Below are positions 45,170-57,648 of a stretch of 57,648 bases of DNA, one piece after another. The position numbers and the translations under genes are program-made. Source of the stretch: Malacoraja senta (taxonomy: Eukaryota); the NCBI GenBank assembly GCA_038087875.1, contig JAXLNO010003753.1, forward strand, positions 1 through 57,648, written 5' to 3'. Numbering within the stretch: the first letter of the stretch is position 1; each line of letters opens with the position of its first letter. A model generated the notes under the pieces. It worked only from the letters and a program-made list of their open reading frames with translations, searched no databases and was not told the origin of the DNA.

Positions 45170-45570
45170 CTCTTTTGTCCCATCAACCAACCATGTGGTT
45201 TAAAAGGGATTGTATGCTCCCTGTTAAGACAGTACACAAGAAAGTTTGAAAGTACGTACCATTAAATTCAGGAACAGCTTCTTCCCCGCTGTTATTGGAC
45301 TACTGAATGATTCTCATGTAAGATAAGATCTTGCCCTGAACTTCCAACCAATCTCATTGTGATCCTTGCAACTCTTTTTGATCTGCACTTTCTCTGTAAC
45401 TGTAATGCTATGATATTGTAACCCGATATTCTGCACTCTGAATATTTTTCTCTTTGCACGGATCTACTTGTGGATGGCTTGATTGCACATGTGTAGTATG
45501 ATCTGATTGGATAACACACAGACAAACTTTTGACTATATCTCAGTTCATGTGACAATAATAAACTAATAC
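45170..45570 (+). mobile_element. Rex1/Babar-type LINE 3' end
   Basis: ttcaggaacagcttcttccccgctgtt...gacaataataaactaatac is the characteristic 3' end. A similar tail island lies at 56827-56878. Confidence 0.65.
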
Positions 45571-46314
45571 CAACGGCAAATCTTTTCACTAGGGCACATT
45601 ATTGACAATAATAAATAATTGACAAGTTATGAAATGAGGGCCAATTGGGGAGGGGACAAGCTTAAAATTGGCCGTATTTTCACTCCTCTTCAATAAGAGA
45701 TAAAAGAGACCAGTCATTTGTTTACAAAATCTCTTTTTGCAGAGTGTGGTCATTCTCTGGCGCTCTTGACTCCGGAGATTTGTGAAGACAAACTCATTGG
45801 AAGTATTTAATGTGGCGGTAGTTAAACTTTTGAAAGACTGGAGAATTGAGTGCAATGAGGAACTGGCACCGAACAGGAGTTGATGCCTGAGGAACGTCAG
45901 CCATGGTCATATTGAATGGTGGGCATGTTAGAGGACCAAATGGCTTACTCGGAAACTTGATAACCGAGGAGAAAATCAGGCTTCTGAATGATCGTTCCAT
46001 AAGCTAGGGTTCTGTCCAATTGACCACTACCCCATTACAGACAGTGGACTTTGTTTATAGAACTATGTAGATGCTGGTTTAAACTGCAGATAGACACAAA
46101 ATACTAGAGTAACTCAACGGGTCAGGCAGCATCTCTGGAGAGAAGGAATGTGTCACGTTTCGTGTCGAAACCCTTATCTAATGGAACTGGTGTGCTACAT
46201 TGCTGAGAACTATATGCCACACTCTGTACCTTCCCCTTTGCTCTACCTACAGTACTTGAGTTGACTTGATCATATATATGTATGTTATCTCATCCAATTG
46301 GATAGCATGCAACT

Positions 46315-46592
46315 ACCTGGAAAGTTGCTGCCTTACAGTACCACAGACCAAAGTTCAATCCTGACAATGGGTGCTGTCTATATAGAGTTCATATATTCTC
46401 CCTGTGACCATGTGAGTTATCTCCGGGTGCTACAGTTCCATCACATTCAAAGACGTGCAGGTTTGTAAGTTTTTTGGCTTCTGTAAATTGTCCCTAGTGT
46501 GTAGGATAGAACTAATATTTGGGTGGTCGTTAGTCAGCACAGGTTCAGTGGGCCAAAAGGCCTATTTCCATGCTGTACCTCGAAACTAAACG
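46315..46592 (+). mobile_element. tRNA-derived SINE, 5' eroded
   Basis: Same core and tail as the 41045 SINE. Confidence 0.75.
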
Positions 46593-46681
46593 TGACAATA
46601 ATAAACCGAAACTTACCCCTGTGCCCATCTGTAGATTAGTGTCACTCATACTGTGGCTCCGCCCACAGGCTTATTAGACAG

Positions 46682-46712
<31 letters not shown>

Positions 46713-47559
46713 TCTCTCTCTGGTAGACTGGTAGTAAGCATGCTGAGAAGAAAGCACCTTGTGTTTCCTCTGCAAAGTTACTAATAACCACTATGTGTGA
46801 GTTTGATCATTCTTCCAACACTATCTCTTGTGTTGTTACGTCGCTGGAACTAAGTGGTAGCTGCGCTTAACTTTGTTGTAGCATAACTGTTTATGTTGAA
46901 CAATTCATGAAAAAAGTCTAAAAAGGATTAAAAAACAAGTGATTCCAGCATGTTGAAAGATAATTGGGACTGATGCGTAATGGGGTGGCACTGCGGCACA
47001 GTTCAGTGATGAGGGTTTGATCACAATCTTGAAACAGAAAAACTTAAACTGAGGCAGGCGCCTCTACTTCATCAATCCAGTGCTGTTATGGCACTGGGCC
47101 TTAACATGAGAAAATGAGAAATTGGGTATTTCCTTATGGCAAAATCAGACTTTTCAGAGACTTGGAAGCTGCAAGATAGTCCCTGGAATGTGGTGGATCT
47201 CTGCGTGCTGTTCCAGAAGTGGACGTATTGTACTTATGTACAGTATGACTTGACTGGAGAGAATGCAGAACAACCATTTCACTGCAGATAGACACAAAAA
47301 GCTGGAGTAACTCAGCGGGACAGGCAACATCTCTGGAGAGAAGGGACGGGGTGTCCAGCATCTGCTGTTCCATCCAAACCATTTCACTGCATCTCTGCAT
47401 GCATGAAACTAAACAGAGTTGTATAAAATGCAGACATACTGCAGTACTCAAGTAGGTCAGGCTGTCCTGATTTTGCAGGTGGATAACTTAACTGTAATTT
47501 AAAAAAACACAAAAACGTGCAGGTGTAACTCAATGGCTCAGGCAGCATCTGGAAGACAT

Positions 47560-48150
47560 GGTTATGTAATGTTTCAGCTTGGGATCTTGTTTCATACTTC
47601 TTGCATCTGTTCTTTCTGACTTCAACTTAACAGTTGAAATGACCAGTTCTTTTATCGACAGGGAATGCAACTTGTTGAATGTGGAATTGAGTTTGAAAGG
47701 CTGCAACATGTCCAGACAGAAGCTGAGTTGTTGGTCCTCAAGGTTACTTTCACCCTTGTTATCCTAGTGTAAGAGGTACAGATGGATGGATCATGGTGGG
47801 TGTTGAATGGAGAATTAGAGTGGCAGGAATTAGGAATCTTAGAAAGTCCCATGGATTGAATGCAGATTCTCCAGAAAGCAGCCATTCTATTTGTTTCATT
47901 GATGCAATGTGGAAGATTACGTCATGAAAACTAAATGCAGTAGATTTGACTGGAAGTGCTAGTGTTTCACGCTGTTTCACTTTGAAGAACTACCTGGGTC
48001 TATGGACAGTGGGAAGGGAAGAGGTAAATGGATAGATGTTGCATGCACCAAGACAGGAAAGTAGAGGAAAGTTGTGGGAATAGTAGACAGACCAGGGAGT
48101 GAAAAAGGGAATGACTACTTCAAGATATAGAATGGGGATTAGGGCAGGAG
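47560..48150 (-). mobile_element. Old Penelope-like GIY-YIG region
   Basis: Decayed PFTSSLPTVH.P..F.VKQR and NLEDQQLSF.L.MLQP, parallel to the Penelope C-terminus at 480-676. Confidence 0.55.
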
Positions 48151-48334
48151 GGGAGGGAGAAATGGATTGACTAATTGAATCAGATTTAAACTGGGAGTAA
48201 GTATTCAACATGGAGGCTGGAGGAGTGGAAAACATATCTCTGCCCTGTCCAATGGGAATATATAGAACATAGAACAGTACAAGAACAGGACTTTCAGCCT
48301 GCAATGTCCATGTGGAACAGGATACCAAGTTAAA

Positions 48335-48632
48335 CTAAGGCAACACAGAGGCACAGAGATAGAGTGGCTGTCTTACAGCGTTAGAGACCCGGGTTCGATC
48401 CTGACTAGAGTGCTGTCTGGACGGAGTCTGTACGTTCCCTCTGTCACCCTGTGGGTTTTCTCTGGGGGCTCCGGTTTCCTCCCAAATGCAAAAGACGTGC
48501 AGGTTTGTAGGTTAATTGGCTTCTGTAAATTGTCCCTAGCTTGTCGGACAGAAATAGTGAATGGGCAATTGCTGGTCAGTGCGGACTCAGTGGCCCAAAG
48601 TTCCTGTTTCCATACTCTATCTCTAAACTAAA
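48335..48632 (+). mobile_element. tRNA-derived SINE
   Basis: gagacccgggttcgatcctgact B box and the shared core. Confidence 0.85.
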
Positions 48633-48899
48633 CCAAAACTCATCTCCACTGCCTGCATGTGATCCATATCCTTGTATTCCCTGCATAACCACAAGCCTGT
48701 CCAAAACCTTCTTAAACACCATTATCATGTCCTCCTCTACCACCACTCCTGGTAGCGCATTCTAGGTATCAAGCTCTCTCTGCAAAAAAACACTTGACCT
48801 GCACAACTCGTGTAAATTTTGCCCTTCGAAGCTTAACGCTATGCTCTATAGAGATGTGTGAAAGAGATGCAATCCCATTAGGGGCTGTCAAATGTGGTC

Positions 48900-49235
48900 A
48901 AGAAAATCCATGGTTAACTAATATGAAAGACATCAATTGCATTTTCTCCCTGTCAAGCAGGGATGTAATGCTGAGGTTCTATAAGGCACCAGTCAAGCCA
49001 CATTTGGAGCATTGTGAGCAATTTTGGGCACCATATCTGAGGAAGGATGTGCTGGCTCTATAGAGGGTCCAGAGGAGGTGTACAAGAATGATCCCAGGAA
49101 TTAATGGATTAACATATGATGAGCATTTGATGGCAGTGGACTGGTACTCGCTGGATTTTAGAAGAATAAGGGGGGACCTCATTGAATCATACCAAATAGT
49201 GAAAAGCTTGGATAGAGTGGATGTGGAGAGGATCA
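48900..49235 (+). mobile_element. CR1 3' ORF2 fragment
   Basis: KPHLEHCEQFWAPYLRKDVLAL and YSLDFRRIRGDLIE. Confidence 0.8.
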
Positions 49236-49329
49236 ATTCTGGGGTCATTAACCCTCCCTTTACTCTCTTTCCCTTCAACTCCGTCATCGACTATCCCAAT
49301 GGCCATGAGGGGGGGGGTCCAAGAGGATG

Positions 49330-49590
49330 GGGTCCGTTGGAGACAGGAAAAGTGATCATCAATGGGGGCGAGGACTCCTTCCCGTGGAAGAATGGTGTGA
49401 GGCAGAGGCGAGGGAAGAAGAGCTCCAAATCGAGGCGGGCGCGGAACTCATTGAGGTGGGGACGGAGGGGGACAAAGGTGAGGCCTCTGCTGAGGACAGA
49501 CCGTTCGGTATCTGAGAGGGGGAGGTCAGGGGGGATGGTGAACACACGGCAGGGATGAGGGTTGGGGCCGGAGGAAGGCAGGTGGGTGGA
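49330..49590 (-). mobile_element. Penelope-like ORF N-terminal fragment
   Basis: VFTIPPDLPLSDTERSVLSRGLTFVPLRPHLNEFRAR matches the LS.GL.F.P motif of Penelope ORFs. Confidence 0.75.
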
Positions 49591-50348
49591 CTGAGGCGAT
49601 GGTGGCCGATTAGGAAAAGGGGAGATGCAACGAGACCTGGGTGTCATGGTACACCAGTCATTGAAAGTAGGCATGCAGGTGCAGCAGGCAGTGAAGAAAG
49701 CGAATGGTATGTTAGCATTCATAGCAAAAGGATTTGAGTATAGGAGCAGGGAGGTTCTACTGCAGTTGTACAGGATCTTGGTGAGACCACACCTGGAGTA
49801 TTGCGTACAGTTTTGTTCTCCTAATCTGAGGAAAGACATTCTTGCCATAGAGGGAGTACAGTGAAGGTTCACCAGACTGATTCCTGGGATGTCAGGACTT
49901 TCATATTAAGAAAGACTGGATAGACCCGGCTTGTACTCGCTAGAATTTAGAAGATTGAGGGGGATCTTATAGAAACTTACAAAATTCTTAAGGGGTTGGA
50001 CAGGCTAGATGCAGGAAGATTGTTCCCGATGTTGGGGAAGTCCAGAACAAGGGGTCACAGTTTATGGATAAGGGGGAAATCTTCTAGGACCGAGATGAGA
50101 AAAACAATTTTTACACAGAGAGTGGTGAATCTGTGGAATTCTCTGCCACAGAAGGTAGTTGAGGCCAGTTCATTGGCTATATTTAAGAGGGAATTAGATG
50201 TGGCCCTTGTGGCTAAAGGGATCAGGGGGTATGGAGAGAAGGCAGGTACAGGATACTGAGTTGGATGATCAGCCATGATCATATTGAATGGCGGTGCTGG
50301 CTCAAAGGGCCGAATGGCCTACTCCTGCACCTATTTTCTATGTTTCTA
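49590..50348 (+). mobile_element. 5'-truncated CR1 LINE with intact tail
   Basis: MQRDLGVMVHQSLKVGMQVQQAVKKANGML..., 3' UTR and (tctatgtt) tail. Confidence 0.92.
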
Positions 50349-50654
50349 TGTCCTCTCCACAACGAATATAAACCTCATCTGCATTTTAATCCCCCCCCAC
50401 AACACCAAAGCCTCTGGAATCGCAAACACAGCACCACCGATGGTAGGGTTTGTGACAACGCCACTATGTCAAAAGTTTAACACACCTTGGTGGAGCGGGC
50501 CGAGGCCCCTCTAGATCTCGAGGCCCTAAACTTAAGCTTGTCTGGCTCATATGTAAATCCGGCCCTGGTGGGAGGAAACCGGAGCGCCCGGAGAAAACCC
50601 ACGCAGGTCAAGGGGACAGAGAACGTGCAAACTCCGTACAGACAGCGCCCGTGG

Positions 50655-50830
50655 ATACTTCTCTATCCCTCTCTCTCACCCTTCTCTCTCTCGCTCTCCC
50701 TCTCTCCCTCTCTCCCTCTCCCTCTCTTCCCTCTCTCCCTCGCTCTCTCTTCCCTCTCCTCCCTCTCTCCCTCCCTCTCTCTCTCCCTCTCTCCCTCCTC
50801 CCCCCCTCCTTTTTCCTCTCCACCCCACCC
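50655..50830. repeat. CT-rich simple repeat (a second tract at 51412-51625)
   Basis: Visible low complexity. Confidence 0.95.
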
Positions 50831-51645
50831 TCAATGCACCAAAAAAACAACAAAAACATCCCGGAACCAACATTCAACGTTTCGCCCTCCACCCGGACGC
50901 CTGAGACCCGCCGTCCCGCTTTGCCTGCCCCGGTGCGCCGGTCCTAAAGCGTCCCCCTCCCGCCGGAATCGCCTCGGGAATGTAGCTGTGAAGAGCAGGT
51001 AAAGATAAAAGCGCTACCATGCAGCGGGGGAGCAGCAATGCAGCCAGTGATGCATGCATTCGCTATAATGCAGCAGGGGGAGCATGCACAGGCGCTGGCA
51101 GGCGGTTCCCCACACTTTATAACTCACGCTATATCCACACTTAATGTGGCGTTGCAGGCCGATTTCTGTCTCATTTCCAAACCATTTGCCCCCAAAACTC
51201 CCCCAAAGTCACCAAACCGACCTTGCGGGACAACGGGGTGGATACGGGGAGCCCAGAGCATCCGGAAAAGGCCCTTCGGCCCATTTCACTACTGTTAGCC
51301 CACACTTGGCATTGTCTCCATTGGACTTTTCTGAATTTGTAGTCAGCGGGGCAGTTCTCTGCATATCGCCAACTTACCGAGTCCATTCTGCCTTGCAACC
51401 ATGGCTGACCTATCTCCCCCTCTCTCTCCCCTGCTCTCTCTCCCCCTCTCTCCCCCGCTCTCTCTCTCCCCCTCTCACTCTCTCTCCCCCTCTCTTTATC
51501 CCTCTCTCACCCCTCTCTCCCCTCTCTCTCCCCCTCTGCCTCTCTCCCCCTCTCTGCGTCTCTCTCCCCTCCCTCGCTATCTCCCCCTCTCTGCCCATCT
51601 CTCTCTCCCTCTCCCTCCATCCCTGCTGAGACCACACCTGGAGTA

Positions 51646-51809
51646 TGTTTCATTATGTTCTTGGTCTATCTGGACGATACATAATGGACAATTAAAGCAG
51701 TCTTGCTTACTTGAACTTTATTGTCTTTGTGCAGCCATTATCCCAACTGGGCCGCGAGCCCGGTGTCACCTCTAAAACAGTCCCCCGTACAACAGTACTT
51801 AAATAAACA
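51646..51809 (-). mobile_element. Gypsy element 3' LTR (164 bp)
   Basis: TGTTT...AAACA inverted termini with a polypurine tract on the minus strand nearby (~51820-51841). Confidence 0.7.
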
Positions 51810-54800
51810 ATCCTATTGTTACCTTTCTTTTTCTTTTTTCAAGTTAGTCTCTTTCCCTTAGGTATTCTAGTGCAACAAACTTGTACCATATGCTCTGCTC
51901 ATTTACAACAGATCTAACAACATAAGCAATAATAAATCAACAGTTCAAAACATCCGTTTTCCAGCAAGTGCATCAACAACACATTTTCATTTCTTTCTTT
52001 TTTTTTTCATAGTCCATACTCTAATCACTGAGTATAGTCTGTCAGGTAGCGGGGTCTGACAACTTGTCGACCTGACCTGGTGACCGTGTCTTGGTTCTCT
52101 GCTGGGCCATCTGGCGGTATGGCCGCCTCAGTCACTGTTGGTGTGGTGTGTTTTGTGTTGGTGTGAGCGTGGTGAGATTGTGTCTGAGGTGGCGACGATT
52201 TCGTCTCAGAACACCTCCTGACTCTAACGCCACCTCATACGATCTATGGCTCACCTGTTGGACCACTCTCGCTGGTCTCCAGCCCTTGTGTGTGTCACAG
52301 GGCTGTACTCTCACACTGTCCTTTCTTTTCAGAGTGTCCATGTCTTTTGCTGTGCAGTTGTAGTACTTTTCCTGTCTCTGTCTGTTGTATTTCAGTCCCT
52401 GTTCGTCATGTGTCACCTCTGGCTTCAGCAGAGTGTCCTTTGTGGGAAGCAGGGTCCTGGTCCTCCTGCTTAGGAGTCTCTGTGCCGGCTTGTGTTGAAG
52501 CCCTGGCTCGGTGTGTTGCGATGATCCAGCATTGCCAAGTACGGATCCTGTCTCGCTGCTGCAGCCTTCAGCATCAGGCGCTTGGCTGTCTTACCGCTGA
52601 CTCCGCCTTCCCATTACTCTGCGGGTATCCCGGCGACGATGTCCTGTGTTCAAAGCCCACCTGGCTGAAGTGCTGAAACTCTTGTGATGCATACTGGGGT
52701 CCGTTATCCGAGATAACAATCTCAGGAATCCCCTGTCGGGCAAAGTGGGCCTTGAGTTTTTTGATCATTGTGTTGCTCTTAGTGTCAGGTAGATAATCGA
52801 CCTCCCAAAAGTTTGAATAATAATCTACTGTTATCAGATAGTCTTTATTGTGAAAGGAGAAAAGGTCCGTTCCTACCTTGGCCCAGGGTCTGCTGGCCAT
52901 GTCATGTGGATGTAGTGTCTCTCTTTGTTGCTTTGGGTCCACTGACCTACATATGTCACATTTGGCGATGAAGGTCTTGATCTCCTCGTTCATTCCAAGC
53001 CAGTATACACACTCCCTCGCTCGCCTCAGACATCCTTCTACTCCCAGGTGAGAGGAGTGGATCCTGTGAGTGATGTCCACCCTGAGTGCGTCAGGTATCA
53101 CGGCTCTGTCTCCTCGGAACACTATGCCATCTGGAAACTCAGTTCATCTTGGAAAGTGTGTAGTGCCTGATGTCACTTGGTAAGTCCTTTTTTCTCTTGG
53201 GCCACCCTGACAGTATTCTGTTTGCCACAATCTGTAACTTTGTGTCATCTTTTGTTGCAGCCCTGATGGCACTCAGCCTCTCTGCTGAAATGGGTAGGTA
53301 GCTGACCATGTTCACAGTCTCTATATCTGTCTCACTCTCTCCCTTAGTGCTCTCTGGTAAGTATGCTCTACTCAATGTGTCTGCAAGTAGCATGTCCCTG
53401 CCTGGAACATAGGTCACACTGATATCATACTGCTGCAGCCTGAGTAGCATTCTCTGCAGTCTCTTAGCTGCACTAAGTAATGGCTTTCTGTGTATATTTT
53501 CTAGAGGCTTGTGGTCGCTTTGTACTGTGACCTCTCTACCATAAGTATACTGATGGAACTTTTCCATCCCAAACACTATGGCTAAGCATTCTTTCTCTAT
53601 TTGGGCATAGCCCCTTTCAGTTGGTGTGAGTGCCCTACTACCAAATGCTACCGGTTTACCTTCTGTGTCAGGGCGGCCCCCAGTCCCGTGTCAGATGCAT
53701 CACACTGAAGTGTCAACTCCTTTTCCTTGTTGTAGTACTGTAGAACTGGTGCTTTAGCGATTTTGTCTTTCAGTCTTTGAAACGCCCCTTCTTGGATGTC
53801 TGTCCATTCCCACATGTTCTCCTTTCGCGTGAGTTGTCTCAGAATCTCAGAGTCATCTGAAAGGTGGTCATAGAACTTAGAAAGATAGTTGACCATCCCA
53901 ACTAATCTCTGTACCTCTTTCACGTCCGTTGGCCTTGGCATCTCTCTGATTGCCCGTACTTTCTCCGGGTCAACCCTCAGTCCCTCGGCCGTGAGCAGAT
54001 GACCTATGTTGGGTACCTCTTTTTGTCTGAGCTTGAATTTGTCCGCCTTCAGCTTGATGTTGCGCTCTCTGCACCTGGTTAGAAAGCGTCTGACTTTCTC
54101 GTCGTGGTCCTTTCCTGCCTCTTCTTGTGTTGCTCCTTCCCCTGTGATTAACACATCATCTGCTATGACGCAGACTCCTGGGAGGCCCTCCAGGGCCTGC
54201 ATGAGCTCTCTTTGGAACACTTCAGGTGCTGGGCTTATTCCCATCGGCATCCTTAGCCACGGAAGTGACCAAATGGGGTGGCGAATGTGGTAAGGAAGCT
54301 CGACTCTTCCTCTGCAGTATAATGTGGATAAATGTGAGGTTATCCACTTTGGTAGCAAAAACGGGAAGGCAGACTATTATCTAAATGGTGGCCGATTAGG
54401 AAATGGGGAGATGCAGCGAGACCTGGGTGTCATGGTACACCAGTCATTGAAAGTAGGCATGCAGGTGCAGCAGGCAGTGAAGAAAGCGAATGGTATGTTG
54501 GCCTTCATAGCAAGAGGATTTGAGTATAGAGCAGGGAGGTTCTACTGCAGTTGTACAGGGTCTTGGTGAGACCACACCTGGAGTATTGCGTACAGTTTTG
54601 GTCTCCAAATCTGAGAAGGACATTATAGCCATAGAGGGAGTGCAGAGAAGGTTCACCAGACTGATTCCTGGGATGTCAGGACTTTCATATGAAGAAAGAC
54701 TGGATAGACTTGGCTTATACTCGCTAGAATTTAGGAGATTGAGAGGGGATCTTATAGAAACGTACAAAATTCTTATGGGGTTGGACAGGCTAGATGCAGG

Positions 54801-55483
54801 AAGATTGTTCCCGATGTTGGGAAGTCCAGGACAAGGGGTCACAGCTTAAGGATAAGGGGGAAATCCTTTAAGACCGAGATGAGGAAAAACCTTTTCACAC
54901 AGAGAGTGGTGAATCTCTGGAACTCTCTGCCACAGAGGGTAGTTGAGGCCAGTTCATTGGCTATATTTAAGAGGGAATTAGATGTGGCCCTTGTGGCTAA
55001 AGGGATCAGGGGGTATGGAGAGAAGGCAGGTACGGGATACTGAGTTGGATGATCAGCCATGATCGTATTGAATGGCGGTGCAGGCTCGAAGGGCCGAATG
55101 GCCTACTCCTGCACCACCTATTTTCTATGTATCTATGTATCTATGTATCTAGTTTGACGTGCCAGAAGCCTTGCTTCACGTCGCAGACTGTGAATACTTT
55201 TGCCTTTGACATCTCCGGCAGGATGTCCTTTATAGTTGGGAGTGGATAGTGACTTCTTTTCAGTGCCCGATTCAGAGGTTTTGGGTCCTCAGCTTCTCAC
55301 ACTACTGCGACCATGCTACTGATCCAGTCAGTGCTGCGTTCCACTGGTGTGATTATCCCTCTTCTCTCTAGATCTTTGAGTTCCTCTTGTAGAGGTGTCA
55401 TCATAGCTACAGGCACTCTGCGCTTTGGCAGTTTCACTGGCGGTACTCTGTCATCTATCTCTATTCTATATTCACCCTCCATG
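51810..55483 (-). mobile_element. pol: Gypsy/Ty3 pol remnant (RT-RH-IN), interrupted by CR1 and 5' truncated
   Basis: RT N-terminus RVPVAM..WISSMV (55297-55483), DVKQGFWHVKL, RMPMGISPAPEVFQ, IADDVL, CDAS RNase H, SDHKPL, integrase HSSHLG..CDIC and ISDNGPQY. Confidence 0.92.
54314..55150 (+). mobile_element. CR1 LINE inserted in the Gypsy RT
   Basis: Removing it restores the Gypsy frame HVKL-EEESSFLTTF. It ends in a (tctatgta) tail. Confidence 0.92.
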
Positions 55484-55985
55484 TTTGTGTTGGCCTTCAT
55501 AACAAGAGGAGTTGAGTATAGGAGCAAAGAGGTCCTTCTGCAGTTGTACAGGGCCCTAGTAAGACCACACCTGGAGTATTGCGTACAGTTTTGGTCCCCT
55601 AATTTGAGGAAGGACATTCTTGCTATTGAGGGAGCCCAGCATAGGTTTACCAGGTTAATTCCCGGGATGGCGGGACTGACATATGCTGAGAGAATGGAGT
55701 GGCTGGGCTTGTACACTCGGGAGTTTAGAAGGATGAGAGGGGATCTCATTGAAACATATAAGATTATTAAGGGTTTGGACATGCTAGAGGCAGGAAACAA
55801 TATGTTCCCGATATTGGGAGGAGTCCAGAACCAGGGGCCATAGTTTAAGAATAAGGGCCATTTAGAACGGAGACGATGAAACACTTTTTTCTCAGAGAGT
55901 TGTGAGTCTGTGCAATTCTCTGCCTGAGAATTCTCAGGCAGGTGGAGGCCGGTTCTCTGGATGTTTTTTCAAGAGAGTTAGATAG
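55484..55985 (+). mobile_element. CR1 fragment, different subfamily
   Basis: LAFITRGVEYRSKEVLLQLYRALVRPHLEYCVQFWSP. Confidence 0.85.
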
Positions 55986-55989
55986 AGCT

Positions 55990-57590
55990 CTAAAAGAGGT
56001 AGAGAGAGAGAGAGACAGAGAGAGAGAGATAGATAGAGATATAGAGAGAGATAGACAGAGAGCGAGAGACAGAGACAGACAGGGATGGATAAATATGAGA
56101 GGCAGATAGAGAGACAGAGAGAGTGAGACAGAAAGTGAGAGAAAGACAGAAAGATAGAGATAGAGAGATGGAGAGAGGAAGGGACAGAGAGGGAGGGACA
56201 GAGAGTGAGACGGAGAGAGACGGAGAGAAAGACAGAGCGACAGAGAGACAGGCAGAGACAGACAGAGATAGAGAGAGACAGAGAGAGACAGAGAGAGGGG
56301 CAGAGAGAAAGAGGCACAGAGAGGGAGAGAGAAAGAAAGACAGAGAGAGAGAGAGAGAGAGAGGCACAGAGAGACAGAGAGAAACGGAGAGAGAGAAAGG
56401 GAGATAGAGAGACAGAGAGTGTGGGAGAAATAGAGAGAGACGGGTAGAGAGAGAGAGATACGGAGAGAGTGAGACAGAGAGAGACAGAGAGAGAGACAGA
56501 GAGATGGAGACAGAGAGAGAGGCAGAAANNNNNNNNNNNNNNNNNNNNNNNNNNNNNNNNNNNNNNNNNNNNNNNNNNNNNNNNNNNNNNNNNNNNNNNN
56601 NNNNNNNNNNNNNNNNNNNNNNNNNNNNNNNNNNNNNNNNNNNNNNNNNNNNNNNNNNNNNNNNNNNNNNNNNNNNNNNNNNNNNNNNNNNNNNNNNNNN
56701 NNNNNNNNNNNNNNNNNNNNNNNNNNNNNNNNNNNNNNNNNNNNNNNNNNNNNNNNNNNNNNNNNNNNNNNNNNNNNNNNNNNNNNNNNNNNNNNNNNNN
56801 NNNNNNNNNNNNNNNNNNNNNNNNNNGAATTTCATTGTCCTATCAGGGACACATGACAATAAACTCACTTAAACTTGANNNNNNNNNNNNNNNNNNNNNN
56901 NNNNNNNNNNNNNNNNNNNNNNNNNNNNNNNNNNNNNNNNNNNNNNNNNNNNNNNNNNNNNNNNNNNNNNNNNNNNNNNNNNNNNNNNNNNNNNNNNNNN
57001 NNNNNNNNNNNNNNNNNNNNNNNNNNNNNNNNNNNNNNNNNNNNNNNNNNNNNNNNNNNNNNNNNNNNNNNNNNNNNNNNNNNNNNNNNNNNNNNNNNNN
57101 NNNNNNNNNNNNNNNNNNNNNNNNNNNNNNNNNNNNTGTAACAGAGAGAGTGTGAGAGAGAGACACAGAGAGAGAGGCAGAAAGAGAGGGAGAAAGAGAC
57201 AGAGAAAGAGACAGTGAGAGAGAGAGAGGGACAGAGAGAGCGAGAAAGAAAGAGAAGAGGGAGANNNNNNNNNNNNNNNNNNNNNNNNNNNNNNNNNNNN
57301 NNNNNNNNNNNNNNNNNNNNNNNNNNNNNNNNNNNNNNNNNNNNNNNNNNNNNNNNNNNNNNNNNNNNNNNNNNNNNNNNNNNNNNNNNNNNNNNNNNNN
57401 NNNNNNNNNNNNNNNNNNNNNNNNNNNNNNNNNNNNNNNNNNNNNNNNNNNNNNNNNNNNNNNNNNNNNNNNNNNNNNNNNNNNNNNNNNNNNNNNNNNN
57501 NNNNNNNNNNNNNNNNNNNNNNNNNNNNNNNNNNNNNNNNNNNNNNNNNNNNNNNACAGAGATGGAGCGACGGAAAGAGAGAGAGACGGT
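55990..57590. repeat. GA-rich low-complexity region with three N gaps
   Basis: (GA)n/(GACA)n tracts; N runs at approximately 56529-56826, 56879-57136 and 57264-57555. Confidence 0.95.
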
Positions 57591-57648
57591 TCACCAGACT
57601 GATTCCTGGGATGGCAGGACTTTCATATGAAGAAAGACTGGATAGACT
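57591..57648 (+). mobile_element. CR1 fragment running off the window
   Basis: ggttcaccagactgattcctgggat..ggactttcatatgaagaaagactggatagact matches the CR1 copies at ~54650. Confidence 0.85.

Noticed and set aside
46815-46850. X/Y-box-like motifs (ccagcgacgtaa ... gttgg) suggesting an MHC SXY promoter
   Set aside because: The Y box is not ATTGG, the motifs are short, and no leader exon follows in a usable phase.

Overview
This window is eukaryotic, repeat-dominated DNA, very probably from a cartilaginous fish such as a skate or ray. That assignment is inferred from the CR1, Penelope-tail, V-SINE and Rex-Babar repeat mix and from the MHC-type exon, not from a database match. The only host gene I can support is the 3' half of an MHC class I-like gene on the minus strand: an Ig-C1 (alpha3-type) exon at 44784-45050 and a transmembrane exon at 41987-42094, both with GT-AG sites and phase 1/1. 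No alpha1 or alpha2 exon is visible in the ~12 kb upstream. The rest is mobile DNA. There are two class I (epsilon/gamma-like) ERV families. One is a complete, TSD-flanked, young but internally mosaic provirus (21433-27399); the other has an open gag::RNaseH-integrase fusion ORF and a ~2.4 kb inverted duplication. There are also two Gypsy elements, one of which carries a 30-nt tRNA-Leu copy fused directly to protease with gag missing. The remaining elements are a near-complete L1, an RNase H-bearing I/Nimb-type LINE, many CR1, Penelope, Rex-Babar and SINE pieces, and several DNA-transposon derivatives. Three separate fold-back structures occur within 30 kb. Boundaries were read by eye and may be off by a few to tens of bases where stated as approximate. 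No CRISPR array, rRNA gene or true tRNA gene was found.
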